Below are positions 29,928 through 40,728 of a stretch of 64,000 bases of DNA, in pieces. Each line of letters starts with the position of its first letter. The first letter of the stretch is position 1. The DNA comes from Candidatus Poribacteria bacterium (GTDB lineage Bacteria; Poribacteria; WGA-4E; PCPOR2b): contig OZ244587.1 in assembly GCA_965218095.1 (NCBI GenBank), positions 576,001 to 640,000 on the forward strand, in the 5' to 3' direction. Under the pieces are notes generated by a model. The model was not told the origin of the DNA, searched no databases, and saw only the letters and a list, made by a program, of their open reading frames with translations. A program made the position numbers and the translations under genes.

Positions 29928-30509
29928 TTTATATCCTCCTATGGGGAGAAATTTTCTAACTCCTTTTTGTGGGAATACATATTAGGCACTTTACTTAACT
30001 CCACACTTTATTGTGATGCTACCCGATTACTATACCACCAGCCATAAACCGAGTCAAGCGAAAATTGATCGAAAGAAGGAAACAGATGATGAAACGTCCA
30101 AAGGCGTTTCTTGGAACGTTGCGGCATCTGTTTCCGCTACAATTTTTGGCTTGACGACTTTTTAGGGACGGCTTATAATTTACCCAGGTTGCTACCTTTT
30201 CCAAAAGAGGCAATCAAAGCGCGAATTTGTCCTTTTCGGAGGTTTTTGGAACCAGGAACTTAGCGTTGGGAACTAGGTGAGAGATTTCCCAAATCTGCAC
30301 TCAGGTCCCTAAATCGTGTGACGAAGATATGAGACTCACCACAACTGGCAAAAGGCGTCTGTATAACGCTTCTGGACTCCAGACTGGCGACAAAAAGTCT
30401 GGGGCGCATTGTATCAGGAGCGTCTGCTTCTATTGGAGCGCCGCTCGCCATTTTTTTAGGGTGTCCTTTGCAAGTTGCTTTGAACTTGCGCCCCTGCTGA
30501 GGAGGTTGA

Positions 30510-32123
30510 ATGGCAATGAAATACGACACAATCATCGTAGGAGCGGGCTCGGCCGGGGCCATACTCGCCACCCGCCTCACCGAGGACCCGGGTCGGTCTG
30601 TTCTATTGTTGGAGGCGGGGCCCGACTTCCCGGAGTTCGAGCAGCTTCCCGAGGAAATCAAGTATGCCTACGGCCAAGACCGCAACATCTGGGCCCGGGC
30701 CTTCGGTCACCATACCAAATTCGGCTGGGGCTACATAGCCAGGGCCACCGATAGCCTCCCCGCCATGTTCGTTCCCCGGGGGAAGATAGTCGGCGGCTCC
30801 AGCGCGGTCAACGCGCAGATCTTTCTCCGCGGGGTCCCCGAAGACTACGATACCTGGGCCTCCCTGGGCAACGACAAGTGGAGTTTCCAAGAGTTGCTCC
30901 CCTACTTTCGCAAAAACGAGGCCGACTCCGACTTTCGCGATTCCTTCCACGGGGACGCCGGACCCATCCGCGCCCGGCGTTTCAAATACGAGGCGTTGAA
31001 TCCCGAACACAGAGCCTTCTACGACGCCTGTCGGGCCGCTGGTTATCCGGACTGTCCCGACCATAATGACCCCGACTCTACGGGGGTCGGTCCGCTGGCG
31101 CTCAATAATCCGGACGGCATCCGTTGGAGCACGGCGATCGGCTACCTGAGCCAAGCGCGCCACCGCCTGAACTTCACTATCAAAGCGGACTGCCTGGTAC
31201 ACCGTGTGCTCTTTGAAGGCCCCGATAAAATCGGCGTTCAAAGCAACCGGCGGGCCGTCGGCGTCTCTGTGGAGAGCAGTGGTGAAATGTTCAATGTCTA
31301 TGGCGAGGAGATTCTCCTGTGTGGGGGAGCCATCGGCTCGCCATATATCCTCATGCTTTCGGGTATTGGGCCGGCCAATTATCTCAAAGAAGCAGGTATC
31401 CGCGTGGTGCACGACCTGCCGGGCGTCGGGCAGAATCTGAGAGACCATCCGCAAGTGTCCGTAACCTTGAGGGTAAAGGAAGCGTTTCTGCCCGATGGCA
31501 CGGAGCCTCGGCTGCAGGTTGGGCTCCGATACACGGCGCGGGGTTCCGACTCTGCTACGCGAGAGTGCAGACACCTTCGTAATGACATGTTTATCCTCCC
31601 GGCCTCTTTTGCCACCGAGGAGGGGTATCTTGTCGAATCCGACTCGGTGCCTCTGGGGTTTTACATCGTGGCCTGTATATACCTGGCCGCCGGCGCGGGC
31701 GAAATCAAGCTCACATCTTCCGACCCGCACCGACAACCCGCGCTGGACTATAACTACCTAGCAGAGTCCTTTGACCGTGAGCGACTGCGTGAGGCCGTGC
31801 GCATAATCATCGATTTAATCGACCACGAAGCGTTCAAAGAACTCATCGCCGAACGCATCGGACCGACGGACGCCGATCTGGTGACGGACGAAGCCCTGGA
31901 CAAGTGGATGATGCGCGAGGTCTCCACTAGTCATCACGTCTCATCGACCTGCAAGATGGGGCCCAGCTCGGACCCAATGGCAGTGGTCGATCAGTACGGT
32001 AAAGTCCACGGCGTCGAGGGGCTGCGAGTAGCTGACGCTTCGATCATGCCCGACTGCGTCCGCGCCAACACCAACGTGACTTCGATGGTCATCGGAGAAC
32101 GGGTAGCGGATTTCATTCGGTAG
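30510..32123 (+). CDS. GMC oxidoreductase (choline dehydrogenase-like)
   Basis: 'IIVGAGSAG', 'RGKIVGGSSAVN', 'GQNLRDHP', 'GLRVADASIMP'. Confidence 0.92.
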   Translation: MAMKYDTIIVGAGSAGAILATRLTEDPGRSVLLLEAGPDFPEFEQLPEEIKYAYGQDRNIWARAFGHHTKFGWGYIARATDSLPAMFVPRGKIVGGSSAVNAQIFLRGVPEDYDTWASLGNDKWSFQELLPYFRKNEADSDFRDSFHGDAGPIRARRFKYEALNPEHRAFYDACRAAGYPDCPDHNDPDSTGVGPLALNNPDGIRWSTAIGYLSQARHRLNFTIKADCLVHRVLFEGPDKIGVQSNRRAVGVSVESSGEMFNVYGEEILLCGGAIGSPYILMLSGIGPANYLKEAGIRVVHDLPGVGQNLRDHPQVSVTLRVKEAFLPDGTEPRLQVGLRYTARGSDSATRECRHLRNDMFILPASFATEEGYLVESDSVPLGFYIVACIYLAAGAGEIKLTSSDPHRQPALDYNYLAESFDRERLREAVRIIIDLIDHEAFKELIAERIGPTDADLVTDEALDKWMMREVSTSHHVSSTCKMGPSSDPMAVVDQYGKVHGVEGLRVADASIMPDCVRANTNVTSMVIGERVADFIR

Positions 32124-32167
32124 GGGCTTATTATCTGAAGGCCATCGTGTGTCTGAGCATATGAGCA

Positions 32168-32229
32168 GCCTAACAAAGGCATAGAGCGAGACGCTCCTTC
32201 CGTCGCGCCGCCCACGCCGGATGTTAGGT
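32168..32229 (+). mobile_element. Solitary, degenerate attC site (62 bp)
   Basis: GCCTAAC AAAGG CATAGAG ... CCCACG CCGGAT GTTAGGT. Confidence 0.6.
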
Positions 32230-32254
32230 CACACAAAACGTCATAGAAGGGAAG

Positions 32255-32671
32255 ATGATGATGTTACCCATACTTGTTGCACTTATAACCATCGTTATTC
32301 TATCGGTAATTGCACTCTACGTATACAACACACGCACGATGTCCGACGATATGCAGGAAGTCCTAGCGTACACCTTTAAGTGCGACATGTTGCTTGAGGA
32401 AATACGGCAGCGTTTGAACGCGAATATGCCCTGGAAATGGCGCTAGCGTGATAGCGAGTACTACAGCGACTACATCAGCACCCGCGCCAAAGAGGATTAT
32501 TCGATGCTCAAGATCTTCGTTGAGGAAGATTGCTTCGTATTTGACATCTTGTTCGAGTCAAGCGGTCCTCAGGCGTAGAGCGAGTGAGACACGCTGCACG
32601 CCACCATACTGGACGATGTGCTTCCCTCACTCGGGCCCCGGGACGTGCAGCCGACGGATAACTACGGATAG
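32255..32671 (+). pseudogene. Cassette-like hypothetical gene interrupted by in-frame stops
   Basis: Frame continues past TAG 32444 (RDSEYYSDYIS...), TAG 32576 and TGA 32585 to '..DVQPTDNYG*'. Confidence 0.45.
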
Positions 32672-33291
32672 CCGCATGTCAAAGACCTTGCAATGGGAAA
32701 AATTACAAGGATTACCTTGAAAGGGTCAATCGTTTGATCCGGTCGAGAATTAAATGACCCTCCATTTGCGCATATTCTGTCTTGACAGTCGATAGACCAC
32801 ATGCTATACTGCCGAAGGACAGAAACACCAATCCCACCAATGAGGTGTACACCGTGAATCTCAAACGCATGATCTTTTGCCTCACCTCGCTTTTCCTGCT
32901 TTCGGCCATTGCTTCTGCATAGCAGGCGCCGAAAGCAGATATTCAGGTGTTGTTGGAGAAGATAACCAACCGAGATAACCGAAATGGATAGGCGTCTCAC
33001 AAACCGATGATAGTGACGGGATTGACCGAAGTTCGGTCGGTGGAAGATGAGCAATTTCTGTATAATCTCCACCTCGGCGTGGCGGAAGCCGGAAAGGCGG
33101 AAGTGAGTAAGGCATTCCAAGCCGCCGTGAACGCCCAGTTGGCGGCGTTCTGAACGACTCTTTTCCTCCACGGTGTCCGGGAGGAGATGCGCGGGGACGG
33201 CGGTCTTACCGCTGCTGCGCCGCATCGCCGATGAAACGGGGGGAACCCCACTGTCAAGAAAAAAATATTGCTTCACCGAAGGAGGAAAACT

Positions 33292-34248
33292 GTGAGTTTC
33301 GTTACGTTTCAGGGAATTTTGGCTGCACGTCGCGTCGTTTACCGTTTTCTAAAACCGACGCCGTTAATTCACTATCCGGAACTGTCGGAGATACTTGGCT
33401 TCAAGGCTTACATCAAGCACGAGAACCATCAACCAACGGGGAGCTTCAAGGTACGAGGCGGCTTGAATTTTATGAGCCAACTCCCGGAAGATCAGAAGCA
33501 GCGAGGCGTGATAACCGCAACGCGCGGGAATCATGGACAGTCGATTGCTTATGCAGCAAAGCAACTCGGCGTCCACGCCACAATTGTTGTCCCACACGGA
33601 AATAACCCAGAGAAGAACAGCGCAATGCGGACTTATGGCGCGGAATTGATTGAGCACGGCGCCGATTTTGATGAAGCGCGGGAGTTGTGCGAGAAACTGC
33701 AAGTCGAACGTGGACTCCGTTACGTCCACCCCGCCAATGAACCTGCCCTCTTGCACGGTGTGGGGACGTATTCGCTCGAGCTCTTTGAGGAGCTGCCGAA
33801 TGTGGATGCGATCATTGTGCCGATCGGGGCAGGGAGCGGTTCTTGTGGAGCAATTACGGTAGCGAGAGCGATTAACCCAAACGTCAAAGTCATCGGTGTG
33901 CAAGCGGAAAATGCACCGTCGGTTTACCTCTCATGGAAGGCGGGCCGAAAGATTGAGACGGATTCATCCAATACTTTTGCCGATGGCCTGGCGACGCGCG
34001 TCACGTTCGATCTCCCATTTTCGATTCTCAAAGATGGAATCAGCCAGGTCCTTTTGGTGAGTGAGGCAGAGATTCGGGAGGCGATTCAGATGGCGCTACG
34101 GTACACACACAACCTAGCGGAAGGGGCAGGGGCCGCGCCGATTGCAGCTGCCCGAAAGCTGAAGGCTGGGCTCGCAGATCAGAACGTTGTGATGGTCATG
34201 AGTGGTGCGAATCTGGATACGGAAACCCTCAAGTGGGTGTTGGCGTGA
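33292..34248 (+). CDS. Threonine/serine dehydratase (PLP fold II)
   Basis: 'KHENHQPTGSFKVRG', 'TRGNHG', 'VPIGAGSG', 'MSGAN'. Confidence 0.9.
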   Translation: MSFVTFQGILAARRVVYRFLKPTPLIHYPELSEILGFKAYIKHENHQPTGSFKVRGGLNFMSQLPEDQKQRGVITATRGNHGQSIAYAAKQLGVHATIVVPHGNNPEKNSAMRTYGAELIEHGADFDEARELCEKLQVERGLRYVHPANEPALLHGVGTYSLELFEELPNVDAIIVPIGAGSGSCGAITVARAINPNVKVIGVQAENAPSVYLSWKAGRKIETDSSNTFADGLATRVTFDLPFSILKDGISQVLLVSEAEIREAIQMALRYTHNLAEGAGAAPIAAARKLKAGLADQNVVMVMSGANLDTETLKWVLA

Positions 34249-34348
34249 AAGGGGATAAAGGATGCCAAGAGAACGATTTCTACGTACCTCGTGCAAAGGC
34301 AAATATATCGGGTGGCAATAGAAAAAATCGGTATCAGAGGAGATGCAC

Positions 34349-35740
34349 ATGCGTCATGAAAATCCATATCTACAAATTGACCGACAGATCGTGGGTGACA
34401 TTTACACATCGCGTGAGGTGATGGACAACCTCACGGTGTTGTGCGACGACTTTGGATCACGGTTCGCAGGCACGCCAGAGGAGCGCAAAGCCGCGGACTT
34501 CATCTGCGAAACTTTCAACCGCTACGTCCTCAAAAATGCTCGATTGGAGGCTTATTCCTACGCGGGTTGGTCGCGGGGACAGGCGACATTGGAAATCGTC
34601 GAGCCGATCCAAAAGTCGCTGCACTGCATTTCGTTGCCGTATTGTCCTGCGAACGACATCACAGCCGAATTGATCTCCGCGGGCTACGGCAGCCCGGCAG
34701 AGTATGAGGGCTTAGGCAAGGAGATGAAAGGACAAATTGTGATGGTAGGCAGCGCGTCTCCTCCTGACCTGGGGCGGTGGGTACATCGCAAGGAGAAATA
34801 TGAGCGTTCCGTGCTCGGCGGCGCCAGCGCCTTTATTTTCATCAGCGAGCACCCCGGTGTTGGTCCCGAGACAGGCAGTCTGCAAAACGACCGTCCTGCG
34901 CCAATTTCGGGTATCTCAATCTGCAAAGAGGATGGTGAGTTCCTCATACGATTGATGGAACGGAAAGGGCAAGTGAGACTGCGCCTCCACACAACCGACA
35001 TCAACGAGCCACGAACATCATGGAACGTCATTGCAGATCTGCCAGGAAATGGGAATCCCGATGAAATGGTCATTCTCGGCTGTCACTACGACGGACACGA
35101 CATTTCTCAAGGAGCAGGCGATCCGGCCTCCGGCATGGTACTCGTCATCGAAGCGGCGCGAGTGTTGGGTTTGTACGCCGACGACCAACTCAAGCGAACC
35201 GTACGATTTATTGGTTTTGGTACGGAGGAGATCGGGCTGACCGGCGCGTTTCGCTACGCGGATGCCCACGAAGGCGAGCTCGAAAATGTGCGATTCATGT
35301 ACAATCTTGACGCGGCGGGTGGCTCAAGTCGAAAAGGAGTCGTGCTGCATCAGTGGCCGGAGTTAGCGTCTTTCTTCCGAGGTGCCGCCAAAGAGATGAC
35401 AGACCATGTCCCTGTTGGCCAAAAGGTGCACCCGTATTCCGATCACTTCCCCTTCGTCCTGAAAGGTGTCCCGACGGGCCACATGGGCGACCCCGACACC
35501 CCACCGGCGGGCAGAGGGTTTGGGCACACGGCGTATGACACGCTGGACAAGGTGGAGTTGGAGAACCTGCGAAAAGGGAGCGCGATGGCAGCACGGTTGG
35601 CGTTGCGAATCGCTAATGCCGACGACTTCCCTGCCCAACGCCGCAACACCGAAGCGGTGCAGGAGCTCCTCAACACCGATCCGGGGCTAGAAGGATACCG
35701 TGTGTCGCTGGAGTTGGCAAAGCATCGTCAAACGCCGTAG
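34349..35740 (+). CDS. M28 family metallopeptidase with PA domain
   Basis: 'GCHYDG', 'GAGDPASG', 'GTEEIGL', 'NLD', 'SDHFPF', 'GHTAYDT'. Confidence 0.85.
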   Translation: MRHENPYLQIDRQIVGDIYTSREVMDNLTVLCDDFGSRFAGTPEERKAADFICETFNRYVLKNARLEAYSYAGWSRGQATLEIVEPIQKSLHCISLPYCPANDITAELISAGYGSPAEYEGLGKEMKGQIVMVGSASPPDLGRWVHRKEKYERSVLGGASAFIFISEHPGVGPETGSLQNDRPAPISGISICKEDGEFLIRLMERKGQVRLRLHTTDINEPRTSWNVIADLPGNGNPDEMVILGCHYDGHDISQGAGDPASGMVLVIEAARVLGLYADDQLKRTVRFIGFGTEEIGLTGAFRYADAHEGELENVRFMYNLDAAGGSSRKGVVLHQWPELASFFRGAAKEMTDHVPVGQKVHPYSDHFPFVLKGVPTGHMGDPDTPPAGRGFGHTAYDTLDKVELENLRKGSAMAARLALRIANADDFPAQRRNTEAVQELLNTDPGLEGYRVSLELAKHRQTP

Positions 35741-35757
35741 AGAAGGAAACTCAGAAG

Positions 35758-36490
35758 ATGCGGAGCAACTACCTCGACGCAGCCACGGCAATATGGCAGG
35801 AATGCCGCGATTTCTTGAAACGTCACCCGTGTGCGATTCTCCCGCTTGGCGCGACAGAGCAGCATGGACCACATCTGCTGCAAAACACAGACACGCTCCT
35901 CGCCGAAGCCCTGGCGAACCACGTCGCTCAACAGAGCGTTGGCCTGGTGCTGCCTCCCCTGCCGATTGGATATTCGTGGGTCTGGCGAGACTATCCGGGG
36001 TCGCTGACCCTTTCGTTTGACACCTTCCGTGCTGTCATCAAAGACATCGCACGCAACCTCAACCGCAATGGCTGTCGGACGCTGCTCGTCATCACGACGC
36101 ACAGCGCGAATCCGCAGCCGCTCAAATACACCGCCCGCGAACTCGCCGACGAAATCGAGATGCGGATACTCCGCGCCTTCTATCCCAATCTGAGCAACAT
36201 CATTGCGGACGCGGAATCCCCGACCTGGCTGCCGAGGAACTTTCACGTCGAGGAGTTTGAAACGTCGTTGATGCTGTATCTGCCCTGAATTGGTGCAGAT
36301 GGAAAAAGCCGTGAGCGAATACCCGCCGCATTCAATGGGATATGAGATGTCTACACTGCCGATGGGCGCATTGAGCGAGTCCGGCGTGTTTGGCGACGCG
36401 ACTGTGGCGACGGCGGAAAAGGGTAAGCGGTGGTTCAATGCGTGTGTAGAAAACATCGTCGAAGTTTGGGAGGAGTTTCTGAGTTCATGA
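35758..36490 (+). pseudogene. Creatininase family protein, frameshifted near 36283
   Basis: 'LPLGATEQHGPHL..TD', 'HVEEFETS'; 'PELVQMEKA..SGVFGD..ATAEKG' in another frame. Confidence 0.75.
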
Positions 36491-36557
36491 ATTCAGTCTT
36501 CCAAACCTTCCAAAGGTTTGAAACCTTCGGAAGGTTAAATTACCTGGAGGCGATTGA

Positions 36558-37487
36558 ATGTCAAAAATAATGACCGTGCGAGGTGAAGTCGCCGGTGAAG
36601 ATCTCGGGATTGTAGATTATCATGAACATCTGTGCTTTGACGCACCGGATTGGCTGCTGCGGGAGGACCGAGATTTCCGCTTGAACGATGTCGAGAAGTC
36701 AGCGGAAGGACTGTAGACATAGGCACAGGCTGGCGGTAAGACGATGATTGAGATGTCGGCGATTGACTTCGGGCGGAACATCCACAAGGTCAAGCAGGTC
36801 GCCGAGCGCGTCCCCGAAGTTCACGTCATTGTCATCACCGGCTTCAACAAGCCGTACTTCTGTGATCAGTGGGTATGGGAAACCGATGAGACGGAGTTGG
36901 TGAAGCGGTGCGTGCGCGACATCGTTGAGGGCATCGACGGAACGGATGTGAAAGCGGGCATCATGAAGGGCGGCAGCGGTTACAATACTTTCACGGAGTA
37001 CGACCAAAAGTTGATGCGGATGGCGGGGACGGTTCACAAGGAAACGGGCGTACCGATCATTACCCACACCGAAGCGGGGACGATGGGATACGAGCAGGTG
37101 AATTATCTCGCGTCACAGGGAGTGGAACCTCAACGCGTGTGCTTGAGCTATCTTGACCGCAACCCCGACTTCTGGGAGCATCGGCGTATCGCGGAGACCG
37201 GCGCGTATCTGGGATACGACTGCCCCGGCAAGGTGAAATATGGTCCCGACGAATTGCGTATCAATGTCTTGAAACGATTGATTGATGCAGAGTTCGGCGG
37301 GCAGATCTTGTTAGGCAACGATCTCGGGCGACCAAGCTACTGGCGCAGCTACGGTGGCGGGCCGGGGCTGGATTTTGTGCTAACAAAGTTCATCCCGCGT
37401 TTGCGCGATGAGGGCCTGAGTGAAGGCGCAATTAACGACATGCTGGTGAACAATCTGCGTCGTTTCTTAACGGACAAAGGAAATTAG
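36558..37487 (+). pseudogene. Phosphotriesterase-like amidohydrolase with two in-frame TAG
   Basis: 'MTVRG..DYHEHL' in frame with 36744..37487; TAG at 36714 and 36720; probable metal-ligand His replaced by Tyr ('LSYLDRN'). Confidence 0.75.
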
Positions 37488-37546
37488 AGGAAGGCTGGTT
37501 TAAAGATTGAAAGCGAAGTTTCGCTGCTACGGGAACAGTTCAATCA

Positions 37547-37765
37547 GTGGCTTGCGCAACAGGAGCGTCCGTCCGAACCCGCACTACCGTGCAATTTGTC
37601 GATAAAGAAAAACTTCGGCCACTTACGGCTAGAATCTTTGAAAAAACGGGCATTCATGGTGAGCCAATCAGCGCGGAAGAACTACAGAAGATGGTTGCAG
37701 CTTGTGGAGTGAAACCAGAGGGTAATATCTTCAGTCGAGGCATTATTGAGATGCGTGAGGAGTAG
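37547..37765 (+). pseudogene. Small hypothetical (possible antitoxin-like) remnant
   Basis: Protein-like C-terminus 'ISAEELQKM...FSRGIIEMREE'; 5' part apparently in another frame. Confidence 0.3.
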
Positions 37766-37819
37766 CAATGAATCATTTACGCATTACGTTTCACGTTTCA
37801 CGCAAAGCGAGGTGAAACA

Positions 37820-39310
37820 ATGGCGCTGGTTATGGGGATCGATCTCGGCACCTCAAGCACCAAGACGGTTTTGATGGACGACGCGGGTCAGGTTGTGTCC
37901 ACGGCGAGCGCCAACTATCCGTTGTTCACGCCACAGGCGGGATGGGCGGAACAGAATCCGAGCGATTGGTGGGAAGCGTTGTGTGACACGAGCTGTCAAG
38001 TCATCCAAGATCTCAAAACTCGCCATCCGTCTCGCTCCGTTCACGACATCAAAGGGGTGGCGCTCTCGGGCCAGATGAACGGCGCGGTGCTTGTAGATGC
38101 TGAAGGTCATCCGATGCGTCCCGCGATTGCCTGGTTGGATGGGCGCTCGAAGCGGGAGTGCGACGAAGCGAATCAACAGGCAGGCGACCTGTTCCGCAAA
38201 CATGCCCTGCAAGTCCTCAATCCCGTCAACACGCTGGCAAAGATCCTCTGGCTGCGTGAGAACGAACCCGACCTTTACGCCGACGCCCGCTATGCCCTCA
38301 TTCCAAAAGATTGGGGGCGGTTTAAGCTGACTGGTGGCTTTGCGTCGGATGTTTCGGATGCTTCAGTGTCATCGGCGGCTGATCTCTACAAACGGGATTG
38401 GAGCAACGAGATTCTGGACACGGTGAAGGTACGGCGTGACCTCTTCCCGCCTGTCGTCGAGTCGCCAACCGTTGTCGGCGAAATCACAGCGAAAGCAGCA
38501 GAGGAAACAGGATTGGCTGTGGGAACGCCGGTATGCGCAGGCGGGGGTGATATGGCGTGCATGGCGGTCGGCGGCGGCGTCATCAAGCCGGGGATTGTCA
38601 ACGTCGGGATTGGGACTGCGGGCCACGCCCTGACTTTCGCTGAAGACGTCAGCGACGCGGCGTTTGATCAGCTCTGGCCGATGTGCCATGCGGCGCCAGG
38701 AAAGTACTTCTGGCTCGGATGCACGTACACCGGCGGGGGGAGTCTGACATGGCTCCGTGACCGGTTCGGCGAAAGTTTCGAGGACTTGACCGTTCAGGCT
38801 GAAGACGCGCCAGTCGGCAGCGATGGGCTGTTTTTCATGCCATGGTTTCAGGGAGCGGCAACGCCGAATCCCGACGCCCATGCGCGCGCTGGCTGGATCG
38901 GCCTGACGCTGCACCACACGAAGGGACACATGATTCGTGCGTTGATGGAGGGCGTGGCATTCGATCTCCGGCACTCGCTCGAATGCTTCAAGCGGTTGGG
39001 CTTGCCGATTGACGAACTCCGCATCGGCGAGGGCGGCGCGAAGTCGGCGCTCTGGCGGAGCATTCAAGCGGATGTCTTCGGTCAAGATGTGCGGATGATG
39101 GAGACGCGGGACGCTTCCGCTATCGGCGCCGCGATTATCGTGGGAGTTGGCGTTGGGGTATTCGAGGATTTCGAGTCTGCGTGCGAGCGGGTGATTGTGC
39201 TGGGTGAGACAGTCAGGTGTGAGGCAGATCGGGTGGCGCAATACGAGGGGTGCTATCGGCGGTATAGCCACTTGTATCCGAGTCTCAAGGATTGGTTTCA
39301 CAACGTGTAG
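37820..39310 (+). CDS. xylB: Xylulokinase / FGGY carbohydrate kinase
   Basis: 'GIDLGTSSTK', 'SGQMNG', 'WLDGR', 'GGGD', 'EGVAF'. Confidence 0.8.
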   Translation: MALVMGIDLGTSSTKTVLMDDAGQVVSTASANYPLFTPQAGWAEQNPSDWWEALCDTSCQVIQDLKTRHPSRSVHDIKGVALSGQMNGAVLVDAEGHPMRPAIAWLDGRSKRECDEANQQAGDLFRKHALQVLNPVNTLAKILWLRENEPDLYADARYALIPKDWGRFKLTGGFASDVSDASVSSAADLYKRDWSNEILDTVKVRRDLFPPVVESPTVVGEITAKAAEETGLAVGTPVCAGGGDMACMAVGGGVIKPGIVNVGIGTAGHALTFAEDVSDAAFDQLWPMCHAAPGKYFWLGCTYTGGGSLTWLRDRFGESFEDLTVQAEDAPVGSDGLFFMPWFQGAATPNPDAHARAGWIGLTLHHTKGHMIRALMEGVAFDLRHSLECFKRLGLPIDELRIGEGGAKSALWRSIQADVFGQDVRMMETRDASAIGAAIIVGVGVGVFEDFESACERVIVLGETVRCEADRVAQYEGCYRRYSHLYPSLKDWFHNV

Positions 39311-39337
39311 GTTCTGCTCGCCTCAGTACTTCTTCAG

Positions 39338-39601
39338 TCAAGAACATACGAGCTTCAACCGTATCAGCAACTTCCTTATTTTCTTTTCAATCTCGTAATC
39401 TAATTTCTGATCAAACACCGAAAATGCCAGATCGTACCGATCGTTAAGCAACATTTTGGCAAACCCCCTGGAGATGATCCATACGTCTAATCCCTTAACG
39501 TGTTCATTGGGCTCCATCCAGATTTTGGGTTTAGGCTTAATGTGTGAAAACCCATCCGTGAGAACATCTTTGATTATGGCGATATCCTGCTTAAAATCCA
39601 T
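39338..39601 (-). CDS. Hypothetical protein
   Basis: ATG with GAGG RBS; convergent on xylB; no recognised motif. Confidence 0.4.
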   Translation of the reverse strand: MDFKQDIAIIKDVLTDGFSHIKPKPKIWMEPNEHVKGLDVWIISRGFAKMLLNDRYDLAFSVFDQKLDYEIEKKIRKLLIRLKLVCS

Positions 39602-39726
39602 TGTCGTACCTCGAATCACGTATCACGTATCACGTTTATAGTCTATCATTTCATCTGCGGTTCGTCAAGCAATGTTGTGAATCCAACGGCGATCAATCGC
39701 CTAACCACAACAGGAGGCAAGACACC

Positions 39727-40728
39727 ATGAAGATCACTCAAATCGAAGCGATACAGGTCAAAGTTCCGTATCATGAGGGCATTAACGAAATGATGACCCA
39801 GCGGAATCTTTACCAAGAGAACACCGTCTATAAAGTCCACACTGACGCAGGAATCGTCGGCATCGGGGATGACGGGAGACAGGCGGATGAGGAAATTCAG
39901 AAGTACATCGGCAGAGATCCGTTTGAATTCATGAACGGACACGCGCCGACGCCGCTGCAGCAGGCACTCTATGACATTATGGGGAAGGCGCTCGGTGTGC
40001 CGGTCTATCAACTCGTGGGCGAAAAGGTTCAGGATAAAGTGGCGATCGGATACTGGTCAATCGATATGCTATCCGCAGAGTGGGCGAATGAAGCCAAGCG
40101 TGCCTATTCGCTCGGATATCGGCTGCACAAAATCAAGGCGCGTCCCTGGCACGACATCATTGAACAGGTTCAAGCGATCTCCGCCGTAGTACCCTCCGAT
40201 TACAAGCTGCGAATCGACCCGAACGACTCGTTTGAGACGCCGGCGCGGACCATCGAAGTTGCGAAGCACGTTCGAGATTACAACACCGAAGCGTTTGAAA
40301 CGCCCATTCCCCAAAGCGATATCAACGGATACCTGGAGATTCGGCGGGGCTGTGATATGCCGATCACAATTCACTTCGGCAACCCCGACCCGGTCGATGC
40401 AATCAAGGCAGGCATGAATGATTCGTTCATCATCGCGTATCCGGACTCGCGAGCCGCCAACGCCAAGCGTGAAGCGGCGATTGCAGATTCTGCACATCTG
40501 CCTCTCTGGCTCCAGATCGTCGGACTGGGCATGACGACCACCTATCTGATCCATCTTGCTGCCACGATGCCCAATGCCACGATGCCATCGATTACGTTAA
40601 ACTGTCTGCGAGCGTTTGACATCATCACGCCGGCGATCCGGATGGAAGATGGCTATGCGACCGTGCCGGATAAGCCGGGCTTGGGGATCGAACTCAATGA
40701 AGACGCCCTCGAAAACTGCCGGGTGTAA
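39727..40728 (+). CDS. Mandelate racemase/muconate lactonizing enzyme family
   Basis: 'ALYDIMGKALGVPVYQL', KxK, 'RIDPN', 'FETP', 'PGLGIEL'. Confidence 0.88.
   Translation: MKITQIEAIQVKVPYHEGINEMMTQRNLYQENTVYKVHTDAGIVGIGDDGRQADEEIQKYIGRDPFEFMNGHAPTPLQQALYDIMGKALGVPVYQLVGEKVQDKVAIGYWSIDMLSAEWANEAKRAYSLGYRLHKIKARPWHDIIEQVQAISAVVPSDYKLRIDPNDSFETPARTIEVAKHVRDYNTEAFETPIPQSDINGYLEIRRGCDMPITIHFGNPDPVDAIKAGMNDSFIIAYPDSRAANAKREAAIADSAHLPLWLQIVGLGMTTTYLIHLAATMPNATMPSITLNCLRAFDIITPAIRMEDGYATVPDKPGLGIELNEDALENCRV

Noticed and set aside
30603-31736. Long antisense ORFs (also 38369..39301, 52005..52916, 45046..45738, 4146..4790)
   Set aside because: Shadow frames of well-supported genes on the opposite strand; no motifs
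25306-36722. TAG reassignment or pyrrolysine readthrough
   Set aside because: In-frame TAGs appear to derive from different codons, co-occur with frameshifts and TGA stops, and intact genes (32123, 35740, 39310) end in TAG
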